DNA of 64,000 nt from Eledone cirrhosa (lineage: Eukaryota): the NCBI GenBank assembly GCA_964016885.1, contig OZ024743.1, positions 178,188,001-178,252,000 of the forward strand, written 5' to 3'. Under the pieces are notes generated by a model, which made no database searches, was not told the DNA's origin, and saw only the letters and a program-made list of their open reading frames with translations. Both the position numbers and the translations under genes were made by a program. Every line of letters begins with the position of its first letter. Within the stretch, counting starts at the first letter, position 1. Below, one piece after another: positions 26,169-39,092 of the stretch.

Positions 26169-27965
26169 TATAAATATACACACAGTTAGTAAGGTACTTA
26201 ATACATTAGTAGAGTGTAAACATCATGTTTAATATAGAAATGGCTTCCACATGACTTCAACTGTGTCACTCTTCTGAGTATATATATATATAGTTGTGTA
26301 TAGTGGTAGCTATGGTGCTTCCATAGGCGGTATGCCAAAATTAGCACTCGATATTCATCAGAGTAGAGTGTAGATATTATAAAGGAAACGAAAAATCAGT
26401 GATGCATCTGGACTTAGTTTATTTTGTGTTACAAATGTTTCGCCGGCATGTAGCTCGAGTCATGGTCCTTGTATGGATCTGGCTGATTCTACTTCTGCGG
26501 GTTCTTTCAGACACGGGTGCTACGTCCGGAGCAAATTATATATATATATATATATATAGTCCTCGTCAGAGCAAGGTGTGACATGGCCATCTGTGGCTAG
26601 ACTTTCTTCCCGGCGTGGACAACCTGTCTAACCCATGCAAGCATGAAAAAATGGACGCTAAATGGTGATGATGATACAATCTACTACTATTCCAGGAAAG
26701 AAAATTCCTTTATTATTAGCTCCCTGAACTTGTCCATCCTATTCCTATTCTCTATATCCATATTTGACAATGACTTTACTTGGATAGTAACCTTTCCAAG
26801 TTTTTACTAATAATGACAACACATTTACCTGATTTTTTTTTATCCCAAGTGACTTGTAGGGACCCTTATACACAAAAAATTAGAATACACAGCAAACCCC
26901 CCAATTTACATATCAAAATTAGCTAGGCGCAAGTAATTGAAAAGTTATACATACAGATATTAAATAAAAAAAATTCTAACCATCCTAAAACTAAAAGGCC
27001 CATCTGAGGGCTCAAATAAATTGCTACGGCTGTCGTTTGTGGGGGCCCCCACTATAAGACTCTTGGTGCAATTTCCTCTGCCTTAAATTAGGCCCTGGAT
27101 ATGTGTACAGAAGATTTCTTCCAGAGAGATTGAGAGTTAGAAAGAGATAAAGAGGAAGAATTGACTCCATTATTAGAGTGATACTTTTTTTTTCAACCTC
27201 AAAATGATGAAAGGCACAAAGTTGAGCTCGACCGAATTTGAACGCAAACAGAGTCGGAATGAATACCACAAAGCCTTCTATCTGACGTTCAAACAACTCA
27301 ACTCTGTCATTTCGCCACCTTTTTATGATGTTAATACATCAATATATGAGATTGTCTGAGAAAAGGCTTCTCTAATTTCATCCTATATAAATTAGATATG
27401 AATCTGCTAATGACAAAAACATTTTTCTTTAAAATTTCATCATCTTAATCATAGTCTAAAACTGCGAAAATTTCCATTCATTATCAAAAATGTATGCGAA
27501 AACAATTTTGGAGGTGTTATTAAACTGATGTTATTTATCCCAGAAATAAATGGTAGATTGGGCTTGCTCATTAGCATCTATGTGTTTATGTGACTGATGA
27601 AAGACTGGGTGATGATAATCTAACATTCACTACACTTGTGGGTACAATCTACATACACACATGCGCGTCAGTGTGTTGAAACAATTATAGTATATATATA
27701 TAAATCAGGATGGACTCAGTTTGAAACTGGTTTGACATTACTCAACAGAGTACTCGATACTTGGGGTAGTAGAGTATGGTTATATTATAAAGAGTTGGGA
27801 CCCCGATGGCTGAGCTCTTGCCGTTTCAACAGCTAGTTCCAGGCAGACTGGAACCAGCTGTTGAAACGGCAAGAGCTCAGCTGTCGGCGTCCTGACTCTT
27901 TATAATATATATATATACATATACCTATTACTAAAATTCCGCTTAAACACACACACACAATATTA

Positions 27966-28703
27966 TCTATATATCTAAAACAGAGAATGTCTGACTGTCT
28001 GTCTGACTCCCTAAAACTCGAGAACCACCAAACCGATTGTTTTCAAACTTTACACATGTAATACTTATGGTCATGTGAGTGTTTTGAGCAAATAATATTC
28101 CAAATTTTCAATGCCCTGGGGACCGCATTAGGCGCCGTTTAGCGATCTCTCTATAATCTGTCTGTATGTCTGGCTGTTTGCATTACGACTTTATGACACT
28201 ATCTCTGTATGTGTGTGTGTGTGTGTATATGTATATATATAGTGTGTGTGTGTATATATATATCTATAGTGTGTAAGGTTTTTTAGAAATATTTACTTCT
28301 GCGTTCACAGATTGATTTTTTTTTAGTTTCAGAAGGTGCCGTTAAGGGTGAAAGCAGCGATTCTTTGATTAAACTTTAATCTCTTATTTTAATATATATA
28401 TTCGTGTACAGGTATTTTTGCATACACAAAAACAAAATATAAACAAACAAGGCCAGCGATTACATAGTCAACGGTTCGGAAATCATATGCATCACTGACG
28501 AGTTTATTCCTTACATTTTACTCTCAGGCACCCAATTAAGTTAAACCCCTGGTAATTTACGACAAATGTTTTTCATAAGCACAAAATGTAGACACCATCC
28601 CCAGGCCGAGGTATCCAGTACTTCTCTGTACCGTTTCAGAAAGGAGGGATAAACATGCCAATCTATTATTAGAATCCCGAGCAACACCAGGCCATTCTGC
28701 TAG
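27966..28703 (+). mobile_element. Mirror Helitron-like element; its 3' 180 bp are repeated at 29323-29502
   Basis: TC start at 27966, CTAG ends at 28703 and 29502 (offset 799). Confidence 0.8.
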
Positions 28704-28719
28704 TATATAGATATAGTTA

Positions 28720-31700
28720 CTAGGGAAGGATAGGAAATAACCTGGCATTGGGAATGATAAGGAATAACCTGGCCTAAGGAAGAATAAGAAATAACCTGGC
28801 ATTGGGAAGAATAAGGAATAACCTGGCATTGGGAAGGATAAGGAATAACCTGGCCTAGGGACGGATAAGAAATAACCTGGCGTTGGGAAGGATAAGGAAT
28901 AACCTGGTATTGGGAAGGATAAGGAATAACTTGACCTAGGGACGGATAATAAATAACCTGGCATTTGGGAAGGATAAGGAATAACCTGGCATTGGGAAGG
29001 ATAAGGAATAACCTGGTCTAGGGAAGGATAATGAATAACTTGAACTAGAGACGGATAAGAAATAACCTGGCATTGGGAAGGATAAGGAATAACCTGGCAT
29101 TGGGAAGCATAAGGAATAACCTGGCCTAAGGAAGGATAAGGAATAACTGGCCTAGGGAAGGATAATAAATAACCTGGCATTGGGAAGGATAAGGAATAAC
29201 CTGGTCTAGGGAAGGATAAGAAATAACCTGGCATTGGGAAGGATGAGGAATAACCTGGTCTAGGGAAGGATAAGAAATAATCTGGCGTTGGGAAGGATAA
29301 AGAATAACCTGGCCTAGGGACGTCAGGCACCCAATTAAGTTAAACCCCTGGTAATTTACGACAAATGTTTTTCATAAGCACAAAATGTAGACACCATCCC
29401 CAGGCCGAGGTATCCAGTACTTCTCTGTACCGTTTCAGAAAGGAGGGATAAACATGCCAATCTATTATTAGAATCCCGAGCAACGCCAGGCCATTCTGCT
29501 AGTATATAGATATAGTTACTAGGGAAGGATAGGAAATAACCTGGCATTGGGAATGATAAGGAATAACCTGGCCTAAGGAAGAATAAGAAATAACCTGGCA
29601 TTGGGAAGAATAAGGAATAACCTGGCATTGGGAAGGATAAGGAATAACCTGGCCTAGGGACGGATAAGAAATAACCTGGCGTTGGGAAGGATAAGGAATA
29701 ACCTGGTATTGGGAAGGATAAGGAATAACTTGACCTAGGGACGGATAATAAATAACCTGGCATTGGGAAGGATAAGGAATAACCTGGCATTGGGAAGGAT
29801 AAGGAATAACCTGGCCTAAGGAAGGATAAGAAATAACCTGGCATTGGGAAGGATAAGGAATAACCTGGTCTAGGGAAGGATAATGAATAACTTGAACTAG
29901 AGACGGATAAGAAATAACCTGGCATTGGGAAGGATAAGAAATGACCTGGCATTGGGAAGGATAAGGAATAACTGGCCTAGGGAAGGATAATAAATAACCT
30001 GGCATTGGGAAGGATAAGGAATAACCTGGTCTAGGGAAGGATAAGAAATAACCTGGCATTGGGAAGGATGAGGAATAACCTGGTCTAGGGAAGGATAAGA
30101 AATAATCTGGCGTTGGGAAGGATAAGGAATAACCTGGCCTAGGGACGGATAAGAAATAACCTGGCATTGGGAAGGATAAGAAATAACCTGGCATTGGGAA
30201 GGATAAGGAATAACCTGGCCTAGGGAAGGATAATAAATAACCTGGCATTGGGAAGGATAAGGAATAACCTGGCCTAAGGAAGTATAAGGAATATCCTGGC
30301 ATTGGGAAGTATAAGGAATAACCTGGCCTAGGGACGGGTAAGAAATAACCTGGCATTGGGAAGGATAAGGAATAACCTGGCATTGGGAAGGATAAGGAAT
30401 AACCTGGCCTAAGGGAGGATAAGGAATATCCTGGCATTGGGAAGGATAAAGAATAACCTGACCTAGGGACGGCTAAGAAATAACCTGGCATTGGGAAGAA
30501 TAAGGAATAACCTGGCATTGGGATGGATAAGGAATAACCTGGTCTAGGGACGGATAAGAAATAACCTGGCATTGGGAAGAATAAATAGTAAACTGGCATT
30601 GGGAACGATACGGAATAACCTGGCCGAAGGACGGATAAGAAATAACCTAGCAGTGAAAGGATAAGGAATAACCTGGCATTGGGAAGGATAAGGAATAACC
30701 TGGCCTAGGGAAGGATAATAAATAACCTGGCATTGAGAAGGATAAGGAATAACCTGGTATAGGGAAGGATAAGAAATAATCTGGCGTTGGGAAGGATAAG
30801 GAATAACCTGGCCTAGGGACGGATAAGAAATAACCTGGCATTGGGAAGGATAAGGAATAACCTGGCATTGGGAAGGATACGGAATAACCTGGCCGAGGGA
30901 CGGATAAGAAATAACCTATCAGTGGGAAGGATAAGGAATAACCTGGCATTGGGAAGGATAAGGAATAACCTGGCTTTGGGAAGGATAAGGAATAACCTGG
31001 CATTGGGAAGGATAAGGAATAACCTGGCCTAAGGAAGGATAAGAAATAACCTGGCATTGGGAAGGATAAGGAATAACCTGGTCTAGGGAAGGATAATGAA
31101 TAACTTGAACTAGAGACGGATAAGAAATAACCTGGCATTGGGAAGGATAAGAAATGACCTGGCATTGGGAAGGATAAGGAATAACTGGCCTAGGGAAGGA
31201 TAATAAATAACCTGGCATTGGGAAGGATAAGGAATAACCTGGTCTAGGGAAGGATAAGAAATAACCTGGCATTGGGAAGGATGAGGAATAACCTGGTCTA
31301 GGGAAGGATAAGAAATAATCTGGCGTTGGGAAGGATAAGGAATAACCTGGCCTAGGGACGGATAAGAAATAACCTGGCATTGGGAAGGATAAGGAATAAC
31401 CTGGCATTGGGAAGGATAAGGAATAACCTGGCCTAGGGAAGGATAATAAATAACCTGGCATTGGGAAGGATAATAAATAACTTGGCATTGGGAAGGATAA
31501 GGAATAACCTGGCCTAGGGACGGATAAGAAATAACCTGGCATTGGGAAGGATAAGGAATAACCTGGCCTAAGGAAGTATAAGGAATATCCTGGCATTGGG
31601 AAGTATAAGGAATAACCTGGCCTAGGGACGGGTAAGAAATAACCTGGCATTGGGAAGGATAAGGAATAACCTGGCATTGGGAAGGATAAGGAATAACCTG

Positions 31701-33211
31701 GCCTAAGGGAGGATAAGGAATATCCTGGCATTGGGAAGGATAAAGAATAACCTGACCTAGGGACGGCTAAGAAATAACCTGGCATTGGGAAGAATAAGGA
31801 ATAACCTGGCATTGGGATGGATAAGGAATAACCTGGTCTAGGGACGGATAAGAAATAACCTGGCATTGGGAAGAATAAATAGTAAACTGGCATTGGGAAC
31901 GATACGGAATAACCTGGCCGAAGGACGGATAAGAAATAACCTAGCAGTGAAAGGATAAGGAATAACCTGGCATTGGGAAGGATAAGGAATAACCTGGCCT
32001 AGGGAAGGATAATAAATAACCTGGCATTGAGAAGGATAAGGAATAACCTGGTATAGGGAAGGATAAGAAATAATCTGGCGTTGGGAAGGATAAGGAATAA
32101 CCTGGCCTAGGGACGGATAAGAAATAACCTGGCATTGGGAAGGATAAGGAATAACCTGGCATTGGGAAGGATACGGAATAACCTGGCCGAGGGACGGATA
32201 AGAAATAACCTATCAGTGGGAAGGATAAGGAATAACCTGGCATTGGGAAGGATAAGGAATAACCTGGCTTTGGGAAGGATAAGGAATAACCTGGCATTGG
32301 GAAGGATAAGGAATAACCTGGTCTAGGGAAGGATAAGAAATAATCTGGCGTTGGGAAGGATAAGGAATAACCTGGCCTAGGGACGGATAAGAAATGACCT
32401 GGCATTGGGGGGAAGGATAAGGAATAACCTGGCATTGGGAAGGATAAGGAATAACCTGGCCTAGGGACGGATAAGAAATAACCTGGCTTTGGGAAGGATA
32501 AGGAATAACCTGGCATTGGGAAGGATAAGGAATAACCTGGCCTAAGGGAGGATAAGGAATATCCTGGCATTGGGAAGGATAAGGAATAACCCGGCCTAGG
32601 GACGGCTAAGAAATAACCTGGCATTGGGAAGAATAAGGAATAACCTGGCATTGGCAAAGATAAGGAATAACCTGGTCTAGGGACGGATAAGAAATAACCT
32701 GGCATTGGGAAGAATAAAAAGTAACCTGGCATTGGGAAGGATACAGAATAACCTGGCCTAGGGCAGGCTAATGAATAATTTGGCCTAGGGACGGATAATA
32801 AATAACCTGGCATTGGGAAGGATAAGGAATATCTTGGCATTGGGAAGGATAAGGAATAACCTGGTCTAGGGAAGGATAAGGAATAACTTGACCTAGGGAC
32901 GGATAAGAAATAAACTGGCCTAGGGACGGATAAGAAATAACCTGGCATTGGGAAGGATAAGGAATAACCTGGCATTGGGTAGGGTAAGGAATAACCTGGC
33001 CTAGGGACGGATGAGAAATAACCTGGCATTGGGAAGGATAAGGAATAACCTGACATTGGGAAGGATAAGGAATAACCTGGTCTAGGGAAGGATAAGGAAT
33101 AACCTGGCCTAGGGACGGATAAGAAATAACCTGGCATTGGGAAGGATAAGGAATAACCTGGCCTAAGAAAGGATAAGGAATAACCTGGCATTGGGAAGGA
33201 TAAGGAATAAC
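28720..33211. repeat. Mirror 27-bp satellite array, expanded to ~4.5 kb and interrupted at 29323-29518 by a duplicated Helitron 3' end
   Basis: Reverse-complement units. Diagnostic variants recur at an offset of 1294 bp (30647 vs 31941). Confidence 0.97.
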
Positions 33212-33440
33212 GACGACAACCACGACAACCGTTATAAATCTATCTGGATACAGAGAAATATTGCTATTGATTTTATTCATTCTATCCAGTGACAGAAACA
33301 GTGGCTGTAGTAGTGAGATGGTGCATGAATTTATTTAGTTTTACCTGTCAACAGGTAAAAATAAGTAATTTTTCTTTCTAGAGTTGACGATAGCAAACTA
33401 TCGTTTTAGATATATTAAAGTATCAAATAAACTGAATGGG

Positions 33441-33492
<52 letters not shown>

Positions 33493-33493
<1 letters not shown>

Positions 33494-36420
33494 TTGGGGA
33501 GGGTTATATTTGTGTAATATTGCCAGAATTAATAACAGAACACACTCACTGTTTGGTTGGTTTTCGCTTCTGTGTCTTTTATATCGGTAATCTAATTTAT
33601 TCGGTCCTCGATGTTGCCATTGACTGACCGACGGTCAAAAATAATACAGATATAATATAGACACAAACACATATATATAGTTTATCATAAATCTTTCGTT
33701 GCACATCTGCAACATCGTCAGTGGTGCTATTGTTTCCTCCCGTTGCATTGTATGTCTACGCCATTTTTATTTAGTCTGTCTATATATTTATTTATTTATT
33801 TGCTTGTTCGTTTATTTTATTTTGTCTTCTTTGCGCATGCGTTTACGTGTGTGTATTGTGTTTTGTTTGATGTCTGTTCGTGATTGGGTGACTAGTGTGT
33901 GTTTATATGTTTGTTGTTATTGTGCTTGTGTATGTATTTATTTATTTATTTATCTATTTATTTATTTATTTATACTTCTCTTAGGTCAGTGTTGTTTGTT
34001 TTGGTGTTGTTGTTATTCCATTCATTCTTTCTGTTTAGTCTTGGCCTTCTAAGTTCTATTTCACTGGCCTCTCTGATTTGCCTATCTGTTGGGTCATTTC
34101 TATGTTTAGATATTATTCTAATTTCTATGTTGTCTATGTTACCGTCGTGTTGTTGTCTGGCATGTTCGTATAGTACTGACCCGTTTTATCGTCCTTTTAG
34201 TTCCCCCCAGTGTTGGTCTATCCTTTCACCTATGCTACGAGCTGTCTCATCTCTGTATGTTGTTGTCATGTTTCTGCAAGTACCCTCTGTACATCTTATG
34301 CTATAGACTACGTTTCTAGTTTTACAGTTTATCCGGGGGTTTACCTTACATATGATACATTTCCTATTAGTACAGTGGGTTTTCTTAAAACAGTAGGTTT
34401 TGCTGATCAGGGATTTTATGGTGGTTCCTGGCTTTTCTACCACCTTAATCTTTAAGTGGGTCTTTCTCAGGGCCTTTCTACACTGGTTAGCTAATTTCCC
34501 TTCAGGGGTAGCGTCCACAAACATGACACTCTGGTATCTCTGGTTGTCGTACCATGAGGTGGCTTTCCCTATCTTATGTCTAGCCCTATCTAAGCTATTC
34601 CATGATTTGCTCCTGTATAATGGGCAAATTCCTTTCATGTCCAGTTCTATGAGGGTCTTATACTTCTCCATGGCTCCTTCGTATACTCTGACTCTGTCTC
34701 TTTGGTTGTAGCCAGAGAACTGCATGCGGTTGATGAAGTGTTGGATGTGTCTTTCCATTTCTGTTGGGTCGCACATGCGGGACACATTCTTCATCACTCG
34801 TACCAAATCTGCGATCAGAATACTAAACTTAGCGCTACTGGACATTGCTGAGTTTTTGAGTATCAGGTATTTGGAGGCCATGGGTTTAGCATAGTGTGAG
34901 TGGAGAATTTGGGCTCTCTCGTCTATAGTGTTAATCCAGAGTTCCGTGTCTAATACAGGTAGTCTATTGTTAGGGTGTTTGGAAGGGAAGTCGATAGTTA
35001 CAGTTATACTCTGGTGTATGGAATTAGCTATCTGCTGGATGCTTTCGATTGTGCTACGTTCTAAATCAAACTTGTTAGTGCTCTCTAGTGGGGATGTTCT
35101 TATAACTATATTGATATCGTCTACATAACGAGAGTACATGATGAGGTCTATGGAGCTCTCATTAAGGAGATCTTTAAGTCTCCTTTCCCACCATACCATG
35201 AAAAGGTTGGCAACATCACCAGCTATGCTGACGCCAATGGCTGCTCCCTCATTTTGGGTGTAGATCTCGTTGAACTTAAATATGTGGCCCTTTAGGGTAG
35301 TTTTGATACTAGCCCCTATTGCATGTGCGACCATTTTTCTTACCTGGTCATTGTTTTGGGGGGTCCGTATGGCTTTGGTCCACCCAATCCACCTTCCCAT
35401 GTGAGTCTTTTTTGCCATTGAGGTTATGGTGGGGGGTCTACCTCTTATGGGTCTACTAGGGCAGAAACGTCTAAGGTCATGGCTATCTAGGTAGTCAGTG
35501 TCGTAGGTAAGTCTAAGTAGGAGGCCCAGTTCGCCTGTGTCGACGTCGCAGAACTCCACCTCACTCTCAATGATCATCTCCACACATTTTTTCACAGCAA
35601 AATCAATGTTAATGGATGGGTTCAGTGACACCACATCCATGCTGCCTATTATGCAGTTGGATAGGTTCTTGTTTTTGTTGCACTCACTGATTCTGCTGAG
35701 GAGGTCCTCTGTACTGTCACATACATCCGGGGACATCTTGATTATGGGGCGTATAACCATTGAGAGGAAGTAGGAGATCCTGTAGTTGTTAGCTATATTA
35801 GCTCCGCACACGGGTCTTGTTGGTGGTCCTGTTGTCGGGTCGTCAACTGCCTTGTGGTCTTTGCGGAGCCCATACAAGGGTGGTATGCCATTGTTGGACG
35901 CCTGGAAGTTGTTGGCAGTGCGTCTGCTTGGCTTTAGGATGTCAGTCCACATCATGATGTGAGCGTTGAGGATTTTCTCTCTCCCATCATGTGTTTGTTG
36001 TGCAATTTCGCTCGTGTTGGTGATGTGGGGCTGCATAGCCTTGATATAGTTCGGCATGCTATCTATTGACATCCTACCGGACTTATCCGTGGGTAGACAT
36101 ACTACCTCACCATCCCTTGTGCGCTGCTGAGGCTAACCCAGCCTTCTACAGGTTTCCTCCCAAGTTGTTGGGCCTCTGGTCTGCTCTGTCTCTTAGTATA
36201 CCGGTCTACTATTTGTCTAATCTTATTTGTAGCTATGGTGAACTGTGCCTCTGTCTCGTCATCTATTTGTTGTGGCATGCAAACTCTTTTATTAAAGGAT
36301 AACCTCGTAGGGTAGATATTACCCATCTTATATCTTTTGTCAGCTGGGTTGAAAAATAGTTTCTCTAAGGGGTTGTCATTATATCTATCATCATAGTCGT
36401 GTGTGTTGCTATTATTGTTA
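33493..36420 (-). mobile_element. Mirror copy of the Penelope-like element
   Basis: ORF 34186..36072 has the same premature stop plus a G>D change in the GIY-YIG YxGET motif (YRDET). Confidence 0.92.
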
Positions 36421-37323
36421 TCAGAACACTTCGTGAAACATAAGTATTACATGTGTAAAGTTTGCAAACAGTCGGTTTGGGGCTTCTCTACAATACTAAA
36501 CGGTAAAATAGTAACTTTTGTTCTCGTAAAGGCACGTAAGTAAACAAAAACTGAAGCTATTATAGCGATGATTTTCTTTACCGGCTTTAATTTTTAGTGT
36601 TGTGTGAAGTATATAACCTGCAAACCTGATTTTTGAATCGCAGCAGGGTCGACTTTGTTTCACTCGCTCCACTAAAAGTTGGATTTTCTTTCCTCACGGT
36701 ATGAAGAAGAGACTGACTAATATATAGTTACCGGCTTTCATTTTTAGTGTTGCGTGAAATATATAACCGCCTTAGGTAAGCTTAGTATTGCTGACGTAAT
36801 GCAGACAGTCAGACATACAGACAGATATTATAAGGGTGCGACGTTATATGTATGTATCTACCTAAAAAGAGAAACACAGAATTATAGAGCGAGATTGCTA
36901 AATCGCCTGATGCGGTCCCTAAGGCATTGAAAATTTGAAATTTGTTTTGTTCAGAACACTCCCTGAAACATAAATATTACATGTGTAAAGTTTGAAAACA
37001 GTCGATTGGGTGGTTCTCGAGTTTTAGGGATTCGAACTCACACACACACAGACAGACATCCTCAGTTTTATATATATAGATATTTCGAAGGTACTGTACT
37101 GTTTTTTCAGTACGTCCTCATCAGATAAAATACATGAATTGATGTATGACATACCTCAACTGTCTTGATAGTTCAATTCCAGTATTGGCAGTACTGGAAT
37201 TGAAATTAGGCTGCTCAGCCGTTAATATGCATAAGCTGTTAATATGCATAAACTGCTACAAGGATAAAGGAGACGCCCTAGATAGGAATAACTATAGAGG
37301 CATTAAATTAATCCACCAGGTCA

Positions 37324-37435
37324 CGCCGAGGTTAACTTTGCCTTTCATCCTTACGGGGGGGGGGGGGGGGTCCGATAAAATAAAGTACCAGTAATGAACT
37401 GGGTAATTGCTGGCCTTGTGCCTAAAGTAGAAACA
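37324..37435 (+). mobile_element. 3' half of the split SINE
   Basis: CGCCGAGGTTAACTTTGCCTTTCATCC...GGCCTTGTGCCTAAAGTAGAAACA, followed by ATTATTTTC (37436-37444). Confidence 0.85.
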
Positions 37436-37835
37436 ATTATTTTCTATTTATTTAATCAATATAAATGTCTGAAGAGACATAGTAAGCCATGATAGAGTAG
37501 TACTTCTTGCAGTTGAGAAACAAAATAACAAGATATACTGAGAAGTCTTCTTCACCCACTTTTTCCTGAGAGGGTCATGGGGACAGTTGCTATTTCTCTG
37601 AATTGAGAGAACAAGGTATCATCATCATCATCATTTTATGTCCACTTTTCCCTGCTTGCAAGGGTGTATGTGAATATAAAACTATAAAATTGAATTTTTT
37701 TTAAATTAAATAAAATAGGGAAGGATAATACAAGGCAAAATAAGCATATAAAAACTGGGAAGCAAGAGAAGCTGTCATCAATAGAATTGTGTTTCTTTAT
37801 TGAGATAATGAGAACTATACCACCCCATTCTTCGT

Positions 37836-38033
37836 TTAACCCTTTAGCATATAAACCAGCCAGAATTATCTCACTTCTTTCTGTTCAAACCAGCCATAAC
37901 TTGCCACTCATACTGATGCTAAGGTATTGTTCTCAAAATAAATAGTATCAAAATTTCATAGCTTCAATATTATGTGAGATAAAGCCTTTACTACGGAAAT
38001 ACAACAGTATATATATAATGTAAATGCTAAAGG
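37836..38033. mobile_element. piggyBac-like MITE (decayed relative at ~18445-18648; end fragments at ~45143 and ~47795)
   Basis: TTAA-CCCTTTAGCAT ... ATGCTAAAGG terminal inverted repeats. Internal sequence is shared with the copy in the spacer. Confidence 0.7.
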
Positions 38034-38816
38034 AATTTATTTTTATTAAAAGTTTGAGATAAGTATTGAGTCTAACTATTGTATAATATACCAAAGTTAA
38101 TTTTTATATTATCACAATTTTTCAAGAGATACGTGACTGTATCTCTGCATGTTGTAAAAGGCAACTAAAAGGGATTGTGTCAAGAAAGGCACCTGGCTAT
38201 GCCAGCATGGAAAAGTGGATGTAAACAATGATATAATTCTCAACTAAGTATAGATACTATAAAAGCCTTGCTTGGGAGGTGGGGCAGTTCTTCTCTGAAG
38301 TCCTATTGTTGTCCAGACCTTTTGAGAGTTTCTTGCTACTTAATAAAAATACAATTAAACTCTCATTCACCAGAACAACCTGTTTAGCTGGTACCAGTTT
38401 AGTACTGGGTTGATTCTTACTCTATATCTCTCTCTCTCTCACTTCTCTCACTCTCTATCCTTCTCTGGAAGAAATCTTACAACCTTCCTGATTATTTTCA
38501 AAATAAGAAAAAAGTTAATATCCAATGTTTATAGTGGGATCTGGAAAATATTTTATAAAGAAGCGAATCAAAAGAACAGAAACAAATAAATGTGTATAAA
38601 TTATAAATTTTATTTTATAGAAAATATTTATTTTTGGTTTTGAATTCCTTTATTTTTTATACAAATAGATAATTTCCTTTTCTTTATTAAAAAATAACTA
38701 AGGATAGTTACAAACCAGATTTTTGGAATATATAATTCAACAACCCATTACATCATCAATATCAATAAATTAGAATATAATTTATATTCAAATGTTCATT
38801 GCAGTTCTTGTAAAAC

Positions 38817-38843
38817 TTAATTTTGAGTATATGATGACGCCAG
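38817..38843 (-). CDS. Candidate terminal coding exon A of the 6-Cys TM gene (LASSYTQN*)
   Basis: Acceptor CTTATGTATATTTCAG|CTG, phase 0, several AATAAA ~170-210 bp downstream. Confidence 0.35.
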   Translation of the reverse strand: MASSYTQN

Positions 38844-38884
38844 CTGAAATATACATAAGAAAATTATAGAAGATACAAATAATT

Positions 38885-39070
38885 GTTTCTACTTTTGGCA
38901 CAAGGCCAGCAATTACCCTGTGCATTACTGGTACTTTATTTTATCGACCTCGTAAGGATGAAAGGCAAAGTTAACTTTGGCGGGATTTGAATTCAGAATG
39001 GCAAGGGCCGTAACTATGCGTCAAAGCATAGCATCCGATCCTCTACCGATACTGCCAATCCACCGCCCTA
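38885..39070 (-). mobile_element. Near full-length tRNA-type SINE with TSD ATACAAATAAT
   Basis: Same family core, with a direct repeat on both flanks. Confidence 0.85.
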
Positions 39071-39092
39071 AGAGAATACAAATAATAGAGAG

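Larger units (their letters stand above)
19044..37323. repeat. Right arm of giant inverted duplication (~18.3 kb; longer because of satellite expansion)
   Basis: Reverse complement of 1788-18309. It ends at ...ATCCACCAGGTCA (37323) in the middle of the RTE copy that continues intact on the left side. Confidence 0.97.

Noticed and set aside
1788-37323. Palindrome as a giant TIR transposon (Maverick/Polinton or foldback)
   Set aside because: The spacer has no transposase, integrase or polymerase. The outer left end cuts through an RTE that continues intact, and there is no TSD around the outer ends.
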